A stretch of DNA of 63,864 nt, the filler included, from Reclinomonas americana ATCC 50394 (taxonomy: Eukaryota): assembly GCA_048213135.1 (NCBI GenBank). It is 7 parts of 3 records of this genome, joined end to end, with 100 filler letters (N's around TTAATTAATTAA, not from the genome) between each part and the next. Parts side by side here need not be neighbours in the genome. Positions count along the whole stretch, not along the records: positions 9,350 to 27,726 come from PS015299.1; 6 more parts are not named here. The stretch is one strand, 5' to 3'. The notes beneath the pieces were generated by a model. That model was not told where the DNA came from, ran no database searches, and worked only from the letters and a program-made list of their open reading frames with translations. This document shows, piece after piece, positions 13,080-27,076 of the stretch (positions are counted from its first letter, which is position 1; every line of letters starts with the position of its first letter). The position numbers were made by a program, and so were the translations under genes.

Positions 13080-16000
13080 TTATCTCCGCCCTCCGCTGCG
13101 CTTGATCGGCAAGTCGGGGAAGCGCAGTGGTGTCTTCAGGTAGACAATGGTGCGCGCCACAAAGTCGCCGGAGGCCGGCGCGGCCGCAGATCGCGATCGC
13201 TTGCTGCTACCGGTGCTCTCTTCCGCCGCCGCCGCCGCCTCATCCTCCTCGGTGGCGTCTGGCATCGGTTCGTCGCCGTCGAGAATCACAATCTTGCCAC
13301 TGCGAGACGCACACGCAGAGTTAGCACACTGGACGACGACAACATACAGCGGTGTGCCAACAACGCAACGATGTCCGGCTCACACGCGCGGCTTCCTGCG
13401 CGCATCCGAGCTCGCGGAAATGCGTCAACAGTTGCGCCCGACCAATTCCCAAATCGTCAATCAGCGGCGTCGGGTCCAATCGGAAGTCGGGCGACGTGGA
13501 GAGCGCCAGCACCAGGGCGTAGTTGAGCATTTTCAGCTTTTTCGCTTCGCTCCACGAGTAGCTGGCCGGTGTCGGCCCCTCGGCCGGTCGCAGCTCCATG
13601 AAATCGGTCTTCAGGCGCTCGTACACCTCTGGCGGCGCAAACAACATCTGCGACAATCTCTTATGGTCCTCCTCGTTGCGCAGCACCTTGCGGTGCGCCT
13701 TGTACAGTTTCAGGAGCATGCGGCAGTAGACCAGGATCGACAGCACGAATTCAACATTGTCGGGAGCGGCGACGAGAGAGTCGAGCACGCTGAGCACAAA
13801 GAACGACTCCTTCTTCTCCCGCCTCGCCTCAGCCAGCTGCTCTGGTTCGGACACCAGGCGGAAGAGGTGGCGTGTGTCGAGGGCGTTCCACTGTTCCGTG
13901 GTCAAAATGCTGCCGAGAGGGTACACGTCGGCGGGGGTCTCCGCGTCCAGGTTGAAGGGGGGGAGGAGGGGGCGGTCTGTAAAGGGGAAGGGGGTGGGAA
14001 AGGGAAAGGGTGAGGGGGTAAAAAGGGAAAGGGTGAGGTAGGGGAAGGGAGATTGGGGAAAGGGGGAAGGGGGAAGGGAGATAGGGGAAGGGATAAATGG
14101 AAAGGAACAGGAGTATAGTGGAGGCTTGAGGGCTGCGAGTTGAGGGTGGAGGATTGAGAGTTGACTGTGCAGGGTGGAAGGAGACGGGAGTGGGAAGAGG
14201 AGGGTAAAGCGTGGAAGGGGTATTGTGGAGGGTTGATGGTGGAGGATTGACAGTTGTGCGTGCAGGGAGGACAGGGGAGTGGAAAGAGGTGGGTAAAATG
14301 TGGAAGGGGTATAGTGGAGGGTTGAGGGTGGAGGATTGAGAGTTGAGCGTGCCGGTGGTAGGACAAGGGAGTGGAAAGAGGTGAGTAAAGCGTGGAAGGA
14401 GTATCGTGGAGGGTTGAGGATGGAGGATTGAGAGTGGGGTGGAAGGACAACGGAGTGGAAAGAGGAGGGTAAAGCGTGGAAGGGTATAGCGGAGGGTTGA
14501 GGATGGAGGATTGAGAGTGGGGTGGAAGGACAAGGGAGTGGAAAGAGGAGGGTAAAATGTGGAAGGTGGTGGGTGCAGGGCTGAAGATGGAAGCAGATGG
14601 AGTGAAGTGGGTAGGGTGGCGGTAAAGTGTGAGGGCAAAATGTGGAAGGTGATGGGTGGAGGATGGAGGAAGGATGGTGGTGAGAAGAGATATAGCAGTT
14701 GGGTGCGGAGAGAGAGGACACTGATCAATAGATATCAATCAAAACCGGAATGATGCAACTGCAGAGATGAGACTGAGGGCGAATATAGAGACAAGCGAGA
14801 GAGGGTGGGGGCTGAGGGTAGATCAGAATGGAGAGGCAGGATGTGAATTATGCAGAGTGCACAGCAACACGATGTGAAGAGAAAGTGATACCACGGCACT
14901 GTGCAAAGACTACAGGATAAGCACAAGCAGCGACACTGTTGCTAGATAGAGAGGGGTTTCCCTGATGCGTCTGTCTGATGACGAAAGGGAGGAGAAGAGA
15001 TTGAGGACACAGACAGAGAGAAGACAGAGACACGTCCTCTGTCAAAGGAATAAACAACCATCGAACTCTCTCATGCCCCTTTCCCAATCGGCCACTCACC
15101 CACTTCCACCGACACAGTGGCAGCGCGCGCCACCCTACCCAGCAACTCCGATCGCTGCGCCACCAGGCCCATCACATGACTCACGTCGCCCGTGCGCTCG
15201 TACGACACCTGATACTCGGCATTTGCCTTGATTGAGTTGCGCTTTTGCACGCTGCCAAACTCGCCATGTAGCCTCTCCATGTCCTGGTGGAATGCAGTCA
15301 GATTGCCTGTGTGCACTGGCAGATGGAGATTGAGCAAAAAAACAACAGACCTTGTAGCGGCCCTCGGGGTTGTGCGAGTTGGCGGTGAGGAGGGTGTCAC
15401 GACGCGCGCCTTCGCGACGCACCGTTTGCATCATGCGCACGGGTTCGGGGACTTCGACGACGCGGACTTTGTTGGTTTCGGGGTCGTAGAGGCCGACGGC
15501 GTACCTGCATATAGGGGAAGGGGTGGTGAGGAAAGGAGAGGAGGGAGGGGAAGGGAGGCGAAGGGATGGGATGAGAGGGGAAGAGAGGAATGGATGGGAA
15601 GCGAAGCGATGGGAGGAAAGGTGAGGGGAAGGGAATGGAAGGAAAGGAAGAGAGGGAGGGAAGAGAGGGGAAGAGACTAGAGGTGATGAGAGGAGAGGAG
15701 ACAGGAGAGAATGGAAGGCAAGAGAGACAATGAGAAGGGAAGGGAAAAGAAGAGGAGCGAAATGAGAAAACGCTTGAAGAGCACACGATTGAGAGTGCAC
15801 CACGACTACATCTCAACCGGGCCAATACAACAAGTGGTGCAAGTAACAAAGGAAGAGACTCCGTCTGTCTCTTTCAAAGAGTGAGAAAGTGTCTCTGAGA
15901 AAGAGAAGCTCTCTGAAAGAGAAGAGCAGAGAAGAATAGAGACTTAGCCATACTCAGGGCGAATGGCGAAAAGGGAGCACATCGTCTTCATGACAGAGAC

Positions 16001-16307
16001 GAGGCAACAGAAGAGCCAGCACTGGCCAAATACATCGAGAACTGTGCCACCTCAGGCCTCCCTTCCACCCTCTCCCATCGACTCACCGCACAGCACGTGA
16101 CGACGACCGCGCAGGGTTGGCTCGACCCTCGTACTGCAATCGCTCGGTCTCGGCGCGGTAAATGACGCGGTTCGGCAGCCGCTTGCCCTCCAGGCTCGCC
16201 GCGACAGAGGGCGACGAGGCCGCGACCACTGCCAGTGGTCGCTTTCGATCGAAGCGGGTGAAATGCAACTCGGAGAGGTGCGAGGGGACGCAGCCGGGGA
16301 AGGTCAC
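13080..16307 (-). CDS. POLR1E: RNA polymerase I subunit RPA49/A49 (5' exon(s) lost in a gap)
   Basis: YAVGLYDPETNKVRVVEV, LHGEFGSVQKR, LLPPFNLDAETPADVYPLGSIL, KLKMLNYALVLAL...LIDDLG...LLTHFRELGC and C-terminal LKTPLRFP match the A49-like family layout. Confidence 0.85.
14113..14566. repeat. Intronic minisatellite, about 5 degenerate copies of an ~80-92 bp unit
   Basis: Recurring GGAGGGTTGAGG..GGAGGATTGAGAGT...GGAGTGGAAAGAGG..GGTAAAGCGTGGAAGG.GTAT units within an RPA49 intron. Confidence 0.85.
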
Positions 16308-16374
16308 TATGAGGGGGAAGGAAGGATGCAAGTGAGTCTAAGTGAGTGAATGAGAGAGGGAGAGAGAGAGAGAC

Positions 16375-16499
<125 letters not shown>

Positions 16500-16985
16500 G
16501 AGGAGTAGAGTAGTAGTAGTACGTACGTACGTAGAGACCGTAGTAGGAACGTAGGTAGGTAGTAGCGTACGGTACGTACGGTANNNNNNNNNNNNNNNNN
16601 NNNNNNNNNNNNNNNNNNNNNNNNNNNNNNNNNNNNNNNNNNNNNNNNNNNNNNNNNNNNNNNNNNNNNNNNNNNNNNNNNNNNNNNNNNNNNNNNNNNN
16701 NNNNNNNNNNNNNNNNNNNNNNNNNNNNNNNNNNNNNNNNNNNNNNNNNNNNNNNNNNNNNNNNNNNNNNNNNNNNNNNNNNNNNNNNNNNNNNNNNNNN
16801 NNNNNNNNNNNNNNNNNNNNNNNNNNNNNNNNNNNNNNNNNNNNNNNNNNNNNNNNGAGTGGTGGTGGTAAGTAGCGAGTGGAGTGGACGAGGTGGACGA
16901 TATGCAGATCGGAGTGCTGCTGTACCGTACCGATCGCCCTTGGCCGTACCAGCAGATGCAGAGACTGAGTGCAGACAGAGTGAGC

Positions 16986-17032
<47 letters not shown>

Positions 17033-17332
17033 ACACTCGCGCACACACATGCGCACATGCACTGTCACTCTCATCATGCAACTCGTCACACACTGCAATC
17101 AGCAGAAACGCTCCTCTCTCACACACACGCTCTCTCTCTCTCTCTCATCACTCTCAGAATGCACTCTGCTCACACAAGAGGGGCGAGTGTGCCGCTCGTG
17201 CACATGCACATGCACAACCCACTCACACACTAAATGCACTCTCACTCTCTGCGCTCTTCATTCTCACTGTGAGAGTGGACGACGCAACAGAGAATAGGTG
17301 GCTCGCCTGAGCTCACACGCACAGACACGACG

Positions 17333-18192
17333 TCCTCGTCTCCTCCGGCCGCCATCTCCACCGTAGACTACGAGTGGTTATGTAAATTGACGAGTCGGTT
17401 TCTAAACTGGTTTGGTGACCAGACCGGCACATCTTTATCTTCACGTCGTCCACTCTTATGTCATACGCGCACATGCGCGACATTAGGCCGACGTCTCCAC
17501 CGTCAGGATGAGAAATTTGCAGCATCAAGTCAGTTTCCTGTGCTTTACCGCAAGCCTTGACCTCTTGAGGTCCTGATCCTTCTGTATGAGGTACTGAGCA
17601 CTGAACCAATTGGCCTTTCGTTGTTATGCAACAACAATGACAACAACAACAACAACAACAACAGCGCCAACCACCAGCCACCACCGATATGAGCCTCACC
17701 AACATCATGACAAGCTCTCTTCTGTTTCAACCACGTCACACCACCACTGTTTTGATTTGCCTGCTTCACGGATCCGGACGCGGCTTTGCTTTGTTTGCCT
17801 GGCTTACGGCCTTTTCCCGATTTCAATGAGCCGTGTACGATCGCAGAAAACGCTATGCGTCTATGCAAGTGCGTCAAATCCACCGTTCAACCACGCTTAT
17901 GCGGTGAAGATCGCAGTTCTCGACTTGTTCGGAGCTCCGATCGCGAGAGCGAACACACGCACATACACAGGAAACCTGCTGCTGCCTCAAGATTGGTGTC
18001 TGTGTTGATGTTTGGATACGGTTGAACTTGGTCATCAAGACAGCTGTGTCTTGTTTGTTGGTGAACGAATTTATCGCAGTTCTCGACTTGTGAGAGCGAA
18101 TTCGAACAAACGCACAAGAAAACCTGCCGCTGCCATCAAGGCTGGTGTTTGTGTTGATGTTTTGGATATGGCTGTCCTCGGTAATCAAGACA
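17333..18192 (-). other. Possible hypothetical gene or pseudogene with a tandemly duplicated exon-like block
   Basis: Non-repetitive ORF segments (TKGQLVQCSVPH...; IAFSAIVHGSLKSGKGRK) and a duplicated ~150 bp block; no family recognised. Confidence 0.25.
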
Positions 18193-18347
18193 CCTGTCGC
18201 TTGCTCACGCTCACCCTTGACCCGCCCTCTCCCCACGTCTCTCTGTGCCATCTCCCAACATCTACCTTTATATCTCCCTTCCTTCACACACACGCACACA
18301 TGCACTGTACAGTTAAAATAGTACACACACACGCTCCATCACGCGCC

Positions 18348-20961
18348 TCATGTCAGCTGCCTCGGATCCGACGCGTACTCCCACTGGCATCGCTGATCGA
18401 GATCCTCGTAGAAATCGAGATACTCCCGCACATTCTGCTTGCGCACAAACGGGAAGAGCACATTGCTGGAGGTGCTGGTGGTGGCGATGAGTGAGCGTGC
18501 GTGGCTGGTGGCGCGACGCATGGGTGTGCACGAGTGCTTGGCCGCGACGGTGCGCGCCGCCTCGCCCGGCACTCGCGGCAACTTGCTCATCTCGAGTAGC
18601 ACATCTTGCGCGGCCACCAGACCCGCCGCGATCCCGTCGTCAATGTGCGAGTAGACCCACGCCGCCAGCGGGATCAGTTGCTCGTGAAGCAACTGCGTGC
18701 ATACGTGAGGGAGGGCGAGAAGCAAGGAGAGAAGGGAATAGAATCCACCTCTTTTGAGGCCGACTCGAATTCCAGCAGGTGAAACGTGTGCACGTCGAGC
18801 AGCAGCTTGAGGAGAAGCAGGTGCGACCCGGAGACAATGGAGCGCCGAATCGATCGTACTGTGGTCTACAATACAGAGGTCAGTGCGCCGTGCACGTGGT
18901 GATCTCGTCTCCGCGCGACGCACCTCGAGCGTGTCTAATGACGGCAACAGATTGACGAGCTCCACAAAGGCGCGCGCTCGAGCCGCACATTCCGCCTGCT
19001 CGCGCATGATTGTCGTCTCACCATCGTAGCTCTCGCACGGCGCGGACGACGATGGTGACTGCGATAATGGCCGCTTCAACCGCAAATGTCTCCACGTGGT
19101 GGCGGTGGCCAGTGGCGGTCCCCGGTCCACGTCCATGTAGTACCTGTAGTGCTCCTCGACGACCTGCACCAGGCACTGCAGCATGTCGTCGCCACCGAGG
19201 ACACGCGACAGGGAGAGGTAGCCGGCTGCACAGAGATGAAAAGTGCGTGAGCTTGCGCTTCATGTGTGCGTGGCAAGAGCGTGGAGACTCGCCTCCTTCC
19301 AGGCACTTGAAGACTTCGACACCGAGAGCCGTGTTGCAAGGATGGATGCGCGAGAGGATGACTGCGGGCCAAGGGTGATGAGCAAGGGGACGTGAAACGA
19401 TTTACGTCCTTCACACACGCACGCACCAGCATCTTGTGGGTCCACAGGTCTACCGTGCAATCGGCTGCGATAGGGGCGCGCCCACATACGTGGCTCGCAG
19501 CTGCATTAACTTGTTGGCAATGAATAATTCGGAAGAGATTAAGCAAGTTGTTGGCGGCCGCAACTCTTCACTGGCATCCGAGTCGGAGCTCTCGTCACTG
19601 TTTGAGCGGAGGACAGTGAGTGTTTGTGAACGTGATGGATCGACGATATGCAGATCGGAGTGAACCAGTGGGAAAAGAGAATAGAAGGGAACCTGAATGC
19701 CGTGTGCCCGAATGTGAAAGAGTGAGTGCTGGTGAATGCGATGGATGGACGAGGTGACGATATGCAGATCGGAGTGACTCAGTGGAAAAAGCGAGAATAG
19801 AACGGAACGTGATTGTCGTGTGCCTGAATGTGAAAGAGGAAAGGAAGCGTGAAGGGAGTGTGTGCAAAGTTGAGCTGCATCGTCAACATGATACAGGCGC
19901 GGAAGACGAGTGAAGGAGAAAGGCATGAACGAGTCTGCGTGCAAAATAAGCGGGACGACACGCGTCCGCGTGAAAGAAATTGCAAGTGCCCTCTCTCTCC
20001 CTCACTCCAAACCTGTCGCCATCAAAGAAGTCCACCACCGACACATACTGCAGCGGGTCTTCGTCTCCACCTGCATCCTCCACGCCTCTGCGCCCGCCGC
20101 CGCGACCACCATCCTCCTCATACCCGACCGGCACAATCTCGTCATCCTCGTCCTCATCTTCTTCTTCCTCCTCCTCCTCGGCCCCCGCCTCCTCCTCGGC
20201 CGCACGGCGAACATCCATGATACGCCGCCGCACGTACTCCTCATACGAGGTCACGTCGTTTTCCACACCATAATGTTCCTCCTCGTCTTCTACTTCCTCC
20301 TCGTCGTCCTCCTCCTCCCCATCCTCGTCAAACACGCCGCCTCCAAACGGCACCAAGTGACGCATGTGCCCCATGTCGTGATCCACATCATCATCGCCCT
20401 CCTCCTGCTCATCCTCACCTCCTCCATCTCTCCCACTGCGCAGCGACAGGTACCGATAGTCGTGCGACTCCTCGTCGGCATTGTCGGGCCCATGTCGCCA
20501 CGCTGACGCAGAGAACACTAGAGGCGAGTGGCGACGTCGCAGCATGTACTCGTCTTGTTCCTCCTCGTCCTCCTCTTCTTCGTCCTCCTCGTCGTCGTCA
20601 TCGATGACTGCCTCGGGTGCAATCGTCACCACCGGAGGACTGTTTTGTGTGTGTGTGAATGAGATGATCACGGGACATTACATAACAGAGGGCGCTCCGC
20701 TGCTGTTGTGTAATGCCACACTCACCGATGATGAGAGTGGCGCGAGAGAGGGCGGCGATCGTCTGCGAATGTTGTGTGCGGAGAGCCGTGAGCATCAAAT
20801 TTTACAAGAGAGCGTCTGTGTGTGTGTGTGTGTGACTCTCTCTGTCTCTGTCTCTCTTTATGTGTGTGTGTGATGTGTGAAGAGAGAGAAGGGAGAGAGG
20901 GAGGGAAGTGAGAGGGAGAGCGAGTGTTTTGATCACCTCCGAGACGCCAAATTCGACTCAT
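18348..20961 (-). CDS. Hypothetical protein with a long D/E-rich N-terminal region and a helical C-terminal part (multi-exon, start uncertain)
   Basis: Coding-like GC3-rich exons at 20005-20639 (acidic), 19420-19615, 19290-19360, 18920-19220 and 18348-18860, separated by short GT-AG introns. Confidence 0.5.
19642..19840. repeat. Two-copy ~114 bp tandem duplication in an intron
   Basis: GACGATATGCAGATCGGAGTG...GAGAATAGAA.GGAAC.TGA.TG.CGTGTGCC.GAATGTGAAAGAG at 19642 and 19756. Confidence 0.85.
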
Positions 20962-21307
20962 TGTTCGTTCGCTGTTCTTCACGGTTGAGGCCCCCTCTTG
21001 TCGTGTGTGCGTGTGAGAGTGATGAACGAGAGAGAGGGGATCAACGAGGGCACACACAAGCGCGCGAGGGTTTGTGCTGGTGTTTGAGCAAGATGGCCAA
21101 TTGTGATGTCCGAACTCGCGCAAGAGAATTCGCGCCAAAATCGAATACAGAAACGTGCGCCGATGAGAGACAGCCGTGCGAGAAAGAAGAGTGTGAGGAA
21201 TGCAGAGAAGAAAAAAGAATGAGAGAGTGGATGAGTAAGAGCTCTTCCCATTTGTATTTTTAAAAGAAAACACGAATAAAACACCTCTCTCGTGCTTCAC
21301 GCGCTGC

Positions 21308-22842
21308 TCATCTCTGACTGCCGTGACTGCTGCCGACCGACAGTGGCGATCCGGGTGGTGAGTTGCCACTGGCAAACGACGACGGTGGCAGGGTACCCGA
21401 GCCCGACAGGCGACGCAGCTGATTGCGGAGGCGTTGGTTCTCGGCGGCGGTGGTGGTCAGGTTCTCCGAGGCGCGGTCGAGACGCTCGCGCAGCATGCGT
21501 TGCTCCTCCTCCATGACTTTGGCGTAGACGCGCCACTGGTCGTCGGCGCCACCTACGCCGCCACTGCTGGTGTTGGTGTCGCGCTTGTTGGTAGCGGAGG
21601 AGTGCGAGCGAGCGGAGGTGTGCAGGTCGTCGTAGGCGCGGGTGGCGGGTGGTGGTGGTGCGGAGAAGAGGGTGGTGGAGGAGGTCACGGAGGGGGTCGG
21701 GGTGGGCTGCGAAAAAGGGAAAAGGTGATTTAGGAGAAGGCTAAGGGGAAGGAGATTTAAGGAGAAGGGTGTGAGGGAGTGGGGAAAAGGAAGTAACTCT
21801 CAACGGGGCATGAAGAAGAAAGTTGACTTTCTGTATAAACAGACAGAAAGATGGATTGATGGAGAGAGAGAGAGAGAGAGACAAAGAGCGAGAGAATGGG
21901 AGACTGAGAGAAAAGGGAGAGAGTGAGTCCTCACCCTTGACCGTGAGATATTTTCTTTTCTCCTTCACATTTTCCTCCTTCTCCCAATACCTCTCTCTCT
22001 CTCTCTCTCATCACTTCTTTCTTCATGCCACCTATTACTCAGTGGTTACGATACTCAATGTATTTCCACTCGACTAAATGTGAAGCGAGGTACAGGTGTG
22101 TGTGTGTGAGAGTGTNNNNNNNNNNNNNNNNNNNNNNNNNNNNNNNNNNNNNNNNNNNNNNNNNNNNNNNNNNNNNNNNNNNNNNNNNNNNNNNNNNNNN
22201 NNNNNNNNNNNNNNNNNNNNNNNNNNNNNNNNNNNNNNNNNNNNNNNNNNNNNNNNNNNNNNNNNNNNNNNNNNNNNNNNNNNNNNNNNNNNNNNNNNNN
22301 NNNNNNNNNNNNNNNNNNNNNNNNNNNNNNNNNNNNNNNNNNNNNNNNNNNNNNNNNNNNNNNNNNNNNNNNNNNNNNNNNNNNNNNNNNNNNNNNNNNN
22401 NNNNNNNNNNNNNNNNNNNNNNNNNNNNNNNNNNNNNNNNNNNNNNNNNNNNNNNNNNNNNNNNNNNNNNNNNNNNNNNNNNNNNNNNNNNNNNNNNNNN
22501 NNNNNNNNNNNNNNNNNNNNNNNNNNNNNNNNNNNNNNNNNNNNNNNNNNNNNNNNNNNNNNNNNNNNNNNNNNNNNNNNNNNNNNNNNNNNNNNNNNNN
22601 NNNNNNNNNNNNNNNNNNNNNNNNNNNNNNNNNNNNNNNNNNNNNNNNNNNNNNNNNNNNNNNNNNNNNNNNNNNNNNNNNNNNNNNNNNNNNNNNNNNN
22701 NNNNNNNNNNNNNNNNNNNNNNNNNNTAGTCACCGACTTACTTACTACTAGTTCGGTAAGTAACCTACCTAACTAGTATTACTACTCGCTAAATAAGTAG
22801 GTAGGAGAGGCGAGGTAGGTGTGTGTGTGAGAGAGTGTCCAC

Positions 22843-22898
<56 letters not shown>

Positions 22899-25800
22899 CT
22901 CTCGCTTGCTTGCTCAATAACTCGTGGTGCGTATTAGCTCACTGCATTTCAGCTCACTGATAAGTGGAAGTAGACTGAGGGTGCGTGAGAGAGGATTCGC
23001 CCCATGTCGCTATTTCTCTCTCTCTCTCTCTCTCTCGTTGCACCTTCCTCACGTAACAACTGTCTTCACAACAGCGCACTGCATTCCATCTGTGCCAGAA
23101 GAAAGAGTCTCTCATCCACGCAACGTGCAACCCGCTGGGCCCTGGAGACGCCGGTCGGTGCGACCGCAGCGCGGTCCTACTTGGCGACTGGTGCTGCGAC
23201 TGCTGCTGTGCCGGCTGGTGTAGTCTGGCGGACGGCAGCGACGACGATGGCTGCGAGGGCGGCTGATGCTGCAGCTTGCTGAGTTGACCGCGCAGCAACG
23301 CGTTCTCCATTTCCACGGCGTTGACGCGAGCCTCGAAGAGCGACCAGTCACGCTCGAGACGCTCCTTTTCGTGCAGTAGCTGTTCGGTGCCGGGCGGAGC
23401 CGACATGGAGGAGGAGACGGAGGAGGAGGCGGAGAATGGGCGACCGCCCCATGTTGATGGAGTGCCTGAAGGGAAGGGAAGAGGAGAGAAGGGATTTGAG
23501 ATGAAAGAGAAAATCTTGTGGTGAGCGTCTTGGCATTGCGACGATCAACGCTGAGATGATGGTGCACCGATAAGGGTGCAACAATGGACTCAAAAAAGAG
23601 GTAACGATTAACAGACAAACACAGCGTCGCGAGATGTGGACCCATCGACAAGAGTACAAGAGACGATGAGTGTCGCGAGATGGCGATAGGGACATGCGTC
23701 GAGAGAAAACGGAGGAAAACGGATGAGAGCAAGATCTCGAGACGATAATCAACCATCACGAGATGCGAGTCCAGCACGAGAGACAGTGAACACAACAGGA
23801 AAGAGAAAATCGCGCCCAGTCTCGTGAGATGAGGTTCGGGCAAGGTCGCGCGACATGGGTCGACACTTCCTCTCCCACCCTTCCCCATCTCCCTCCCTTC
23901 CCCATCGGCCTCACCCCTCGAAACCCCCACGGCCGCAGCACCCAGTCCACTCCCCGACGCCGCCAGTGGTGTCGACGACATTATCCCCGCACCCGTGACC
24001 GGCCGGTGTGGCGACGGCGACGGCGTGGCCGCCCCTCGATGTATTTGCGACTGCAAAATGGCATTCTCCACCATCATGCGCTCCAGCGACAGCTGCACTT
24101 CGCGCAGCTCCTCGGGCGACGGCTGGCGCTGCAGCTGGGCGCGCAGATCGCTGTTCTCCTGGGTCAGCCGCTCCAGCATGTCCTTCATCTCGCTGACCTG
24201 GCTGAGGGTCTCTTGCGAGGCCAAAATCTTTTGTTCCAGCACGTGGGCCTGGCGGTCCATCTGGTGGTGGTGGTGGTGGAGGGGGGAGGTGAGTGTGGGT
24301 GTACAGCAGAGGGATCACATTGTCTGTCGTACCTGTTGGCGCAGTCGTGATGCCTCCTCTTGTGCTTCGTCGGCCTCGTCGCGAGCGGCATTTATTTGTG
24401 AGCGGAGGTGTGAGCATTCATTTTGCGCCTTGCCGACGGTGAGTTCCATGTCGCTTCGCAGGCGTTTTTGTTGCTGGACCTCGGCGTCCTGCGGTGGGGA
24501 GAAGGCATAGGAGAAGGGATGGGTGAGAAAAAGAGAGATGAGATTGGAAGAATCAATGTGCACAGATTCGGGAAGGAAATGAGCGGGCGGACATCGCGAT
24601 CAATGGTTCGATCGCCGAATACATCGAGAGAAAGAGTGATAGTAAGCGCAAAATGTTGAGAGAGACAGGTGTCGGAAACAACCCAGAAGAGAGAATGGGA
24701 GCAAACAACGAGCAATCATCGAAGAGCAAGGGCTCTCATCCGAGTAAAAATGAGTGAGATTGCACAATGGATCTGGAAACAAGTGTGAAACAGGGCAGGA
24801 AGAGAACGGCAATCGGCGAAGTGCGACGGCTTCCGTCTCAATAATACAACGAGAGATTGTACAGAATAGAAAACAACCCAAGGAGAGACGCATTCAAACG
24901 ACAAAGAACAAGGCCCTCCATCTCAACAAAGGATGAGGAATCATGCAATGAAGAGTGCCGCATTGTGCAGGGAATCAGAAAACAAGGAAGGCCATAAAAG
25001 AGAACAGGAGCACCGACGAAACGCGATGGCTTTCACCTCAACGAAGAGTGCGGCATTGTGCAAGGGAGAGTACATCATTGTTCAGCGGGCCAGAAACCCG
25101 AAATACAATCCAGAAGTGAAAATGGGGGCGATGCACTCAGACAACAAAGAGATGGCTTCCGTCTTGCGAGAGAGCGAGAGATTGCACAAGGGAGACAATG
25201 CAAGAGTCCTCTTCAGCTGAATAGAGAATAGGAGGATGAAGAGCCACCAGATGTTTCAGACTTCGAGACTGCTCACCTTGGCGTTGAGAGCTGCCTCGAG
25301 CTCGGCGATCCGCGACACGTGGTGTACATTCTGCTGCTCCAAGTGCGCGATCATCCTGTTGCAAAAGAAGGGATGAGAACATCATCATCGTTTCTCACTG
25401 GCGATGGTGTACACATGCGCACTCTTTCAGTTCGCTGACAAACTTGTTGGCCGCCACCAACTCCGTCACCAGCTGCTTGCGTTCCTCCGCACCCGTGTTC
25501 TGCGAGTCCATCAGCTGCCTCTGTAGCGAGTCGACGAGCGTGTTGAGGTCGCTCGACATGACCGACGACATCATCATGGGTGCGCTGCTGTTGACGCTGT
25601 GACCGCCAATCCCCGATGCCTGGTCACACAAAGTGAGTGGGTGGCTCGAGTAGACTGTGGGGAGGGAGAATGCAGCAGCAGCTACCTGTCCACCAACACC
25701 ACCACCACCACCGTGCGCCGTCGCGTAGTCTTGTCGCAAGCGAGCCAGTCGCTTGTCGATCTCCAGCTCCTCCGACGAGGGGAAGCTCAGGGAGGAGGAG

Positions 25801-26906
25801 GTGAGCATGGGCGTGCGGTGGGTGCGTGAGGTGCCGTCGTAGGCTGCGAACGGTGAGACGGGAGAAGGGTGATGAGAACAGCAACGAAGTGGAATGAATA
25901 CAGGCGATGTTGCGCTGAGGAGAGGAGCAGAGAAGGCGAAGAGGAAGGCATTGATGACGGAAGACACGCGACACGAGGAAAGGGAAGAATAGAGAATGCA
26001 TTGAGCTGCAAGCAAGAAGAAAGGCAAAGCGCATGTTGCGAGAAAAGAGGAACAAGAAGCACAAGAGCATGAAGAGAAGGACGGGGTGAACAGAGGAGCA
26101 GGGAAGACGGATGACACCAAGCGCACGAAGCGAGAAACACGAAGCAGAACAAGATGCAGAGAGAGAACGGGGAGAAGGGAGAGGTCTTGTAGTGAGAGGG
26201 GAGTCATCGAGCCCCACCTGCAGGAAACAAAGCACAAGAGGATGAAAAGAAAGACAAGAAGCTCCAGACTCCTGTTGGCCGAAAGAAACTGAGGGAGAAG
26301 CCGAGGAGGGCGAAGAGAGAGAGAGAACGAAGACACAGAGTGCCCGTCGCGAGAAACGACGAGAGGAAGAGAATGGCAATCAAGGCTGAAGTAACGAGAC
26401 ATGAGCAGAGCCAACAACGGGGAGAAGAGAGAGGCCCTGTAGTGGGGGAGAAGCAGAGGAGGGCGATGAGAGAGAGAACGAGACACAGAGTGCCTGTCGC
26501 AAGATATGACGAGAAGAACCAGAAGACGAGGAGAGAATGGCACATCAACAACATCAAGGAAGAGCAGCAAGAACAGAACAAACAACGGGGAGAAGAGAGA
26601 GGTCCTGCAGTGAGGGAGAGGCAGAGGAGAGCGATGGGAGAGAGAGAGAGAACTGATACTGCTGCGAAGAACCAGAAGACGAAGAGGGGATGGCGGATCA
26701 AGGCTAAAGCAACGAGACATGAGCAGAACAAGAACCAACACTCTCCACCCTTCGCCCACTCCGATCTTCTCTCTCCACTCTCCACAAAAACACACACCAA
26801 CAAACTCACCCGACAACCCGCGAAACGCCGACGTCGGTGGCCTCCCCGCTCCTCCTCCTCCTCCACCATTGCCATTGCCACTCAACTGCCGCGACACATC
26901 TTCCAT
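21308..26906 (-). CDS. Hypothetical long coiled-coil protein (multi-exon; crosses a gap; start uncertain)
   Basis: Heptad-rich exons: EELEIDKRLARLRQDY, LNTLVDSLQRQLMD...ELKE, DAEVQQQKRLRSDMEL, MLERLTQENSDLRAQLQ, LLHEKERLERDW...VEMENALLRGQL, MEEEQRMLRERLDRASENL. Assigning 21308-21690 to the same gene is inferred. Confidence 0.55.
26300..26740. repeat. Degenerate intronic block repeats
   Basis: Repeated CAACGGGGAGAAGAGAGAGG..CTG.AGTG, GAAGAACCAGAAGACGA and ATCAAGGCT.AAG.AACGAGACATGAGCAGA segments. Confidence 0.7.
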
Positions 26907-27076
26907 TGCCGACAGCAGCGACATTGAAATGAAAAAGGTGAAACGAGCGCCGTAACGTTCACGAAATTTCGCGCTCATCTCTCACACACAAACACAAACA
27001 CACAAACAACCGCAGTCACTCGCTCACTCATAGTGTGTGTGCGTCTGTGTGTGTGTGTGCCTCGTCTCCAATCACC

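Noticed and set aside
16505..16583. GTAC/GTAG-rich odd sequence next to gaps (also 22727-22820)
   Set aside because: Looks like low-quality pyrosequencing read-tail noise after long microsatellites at contig ends.
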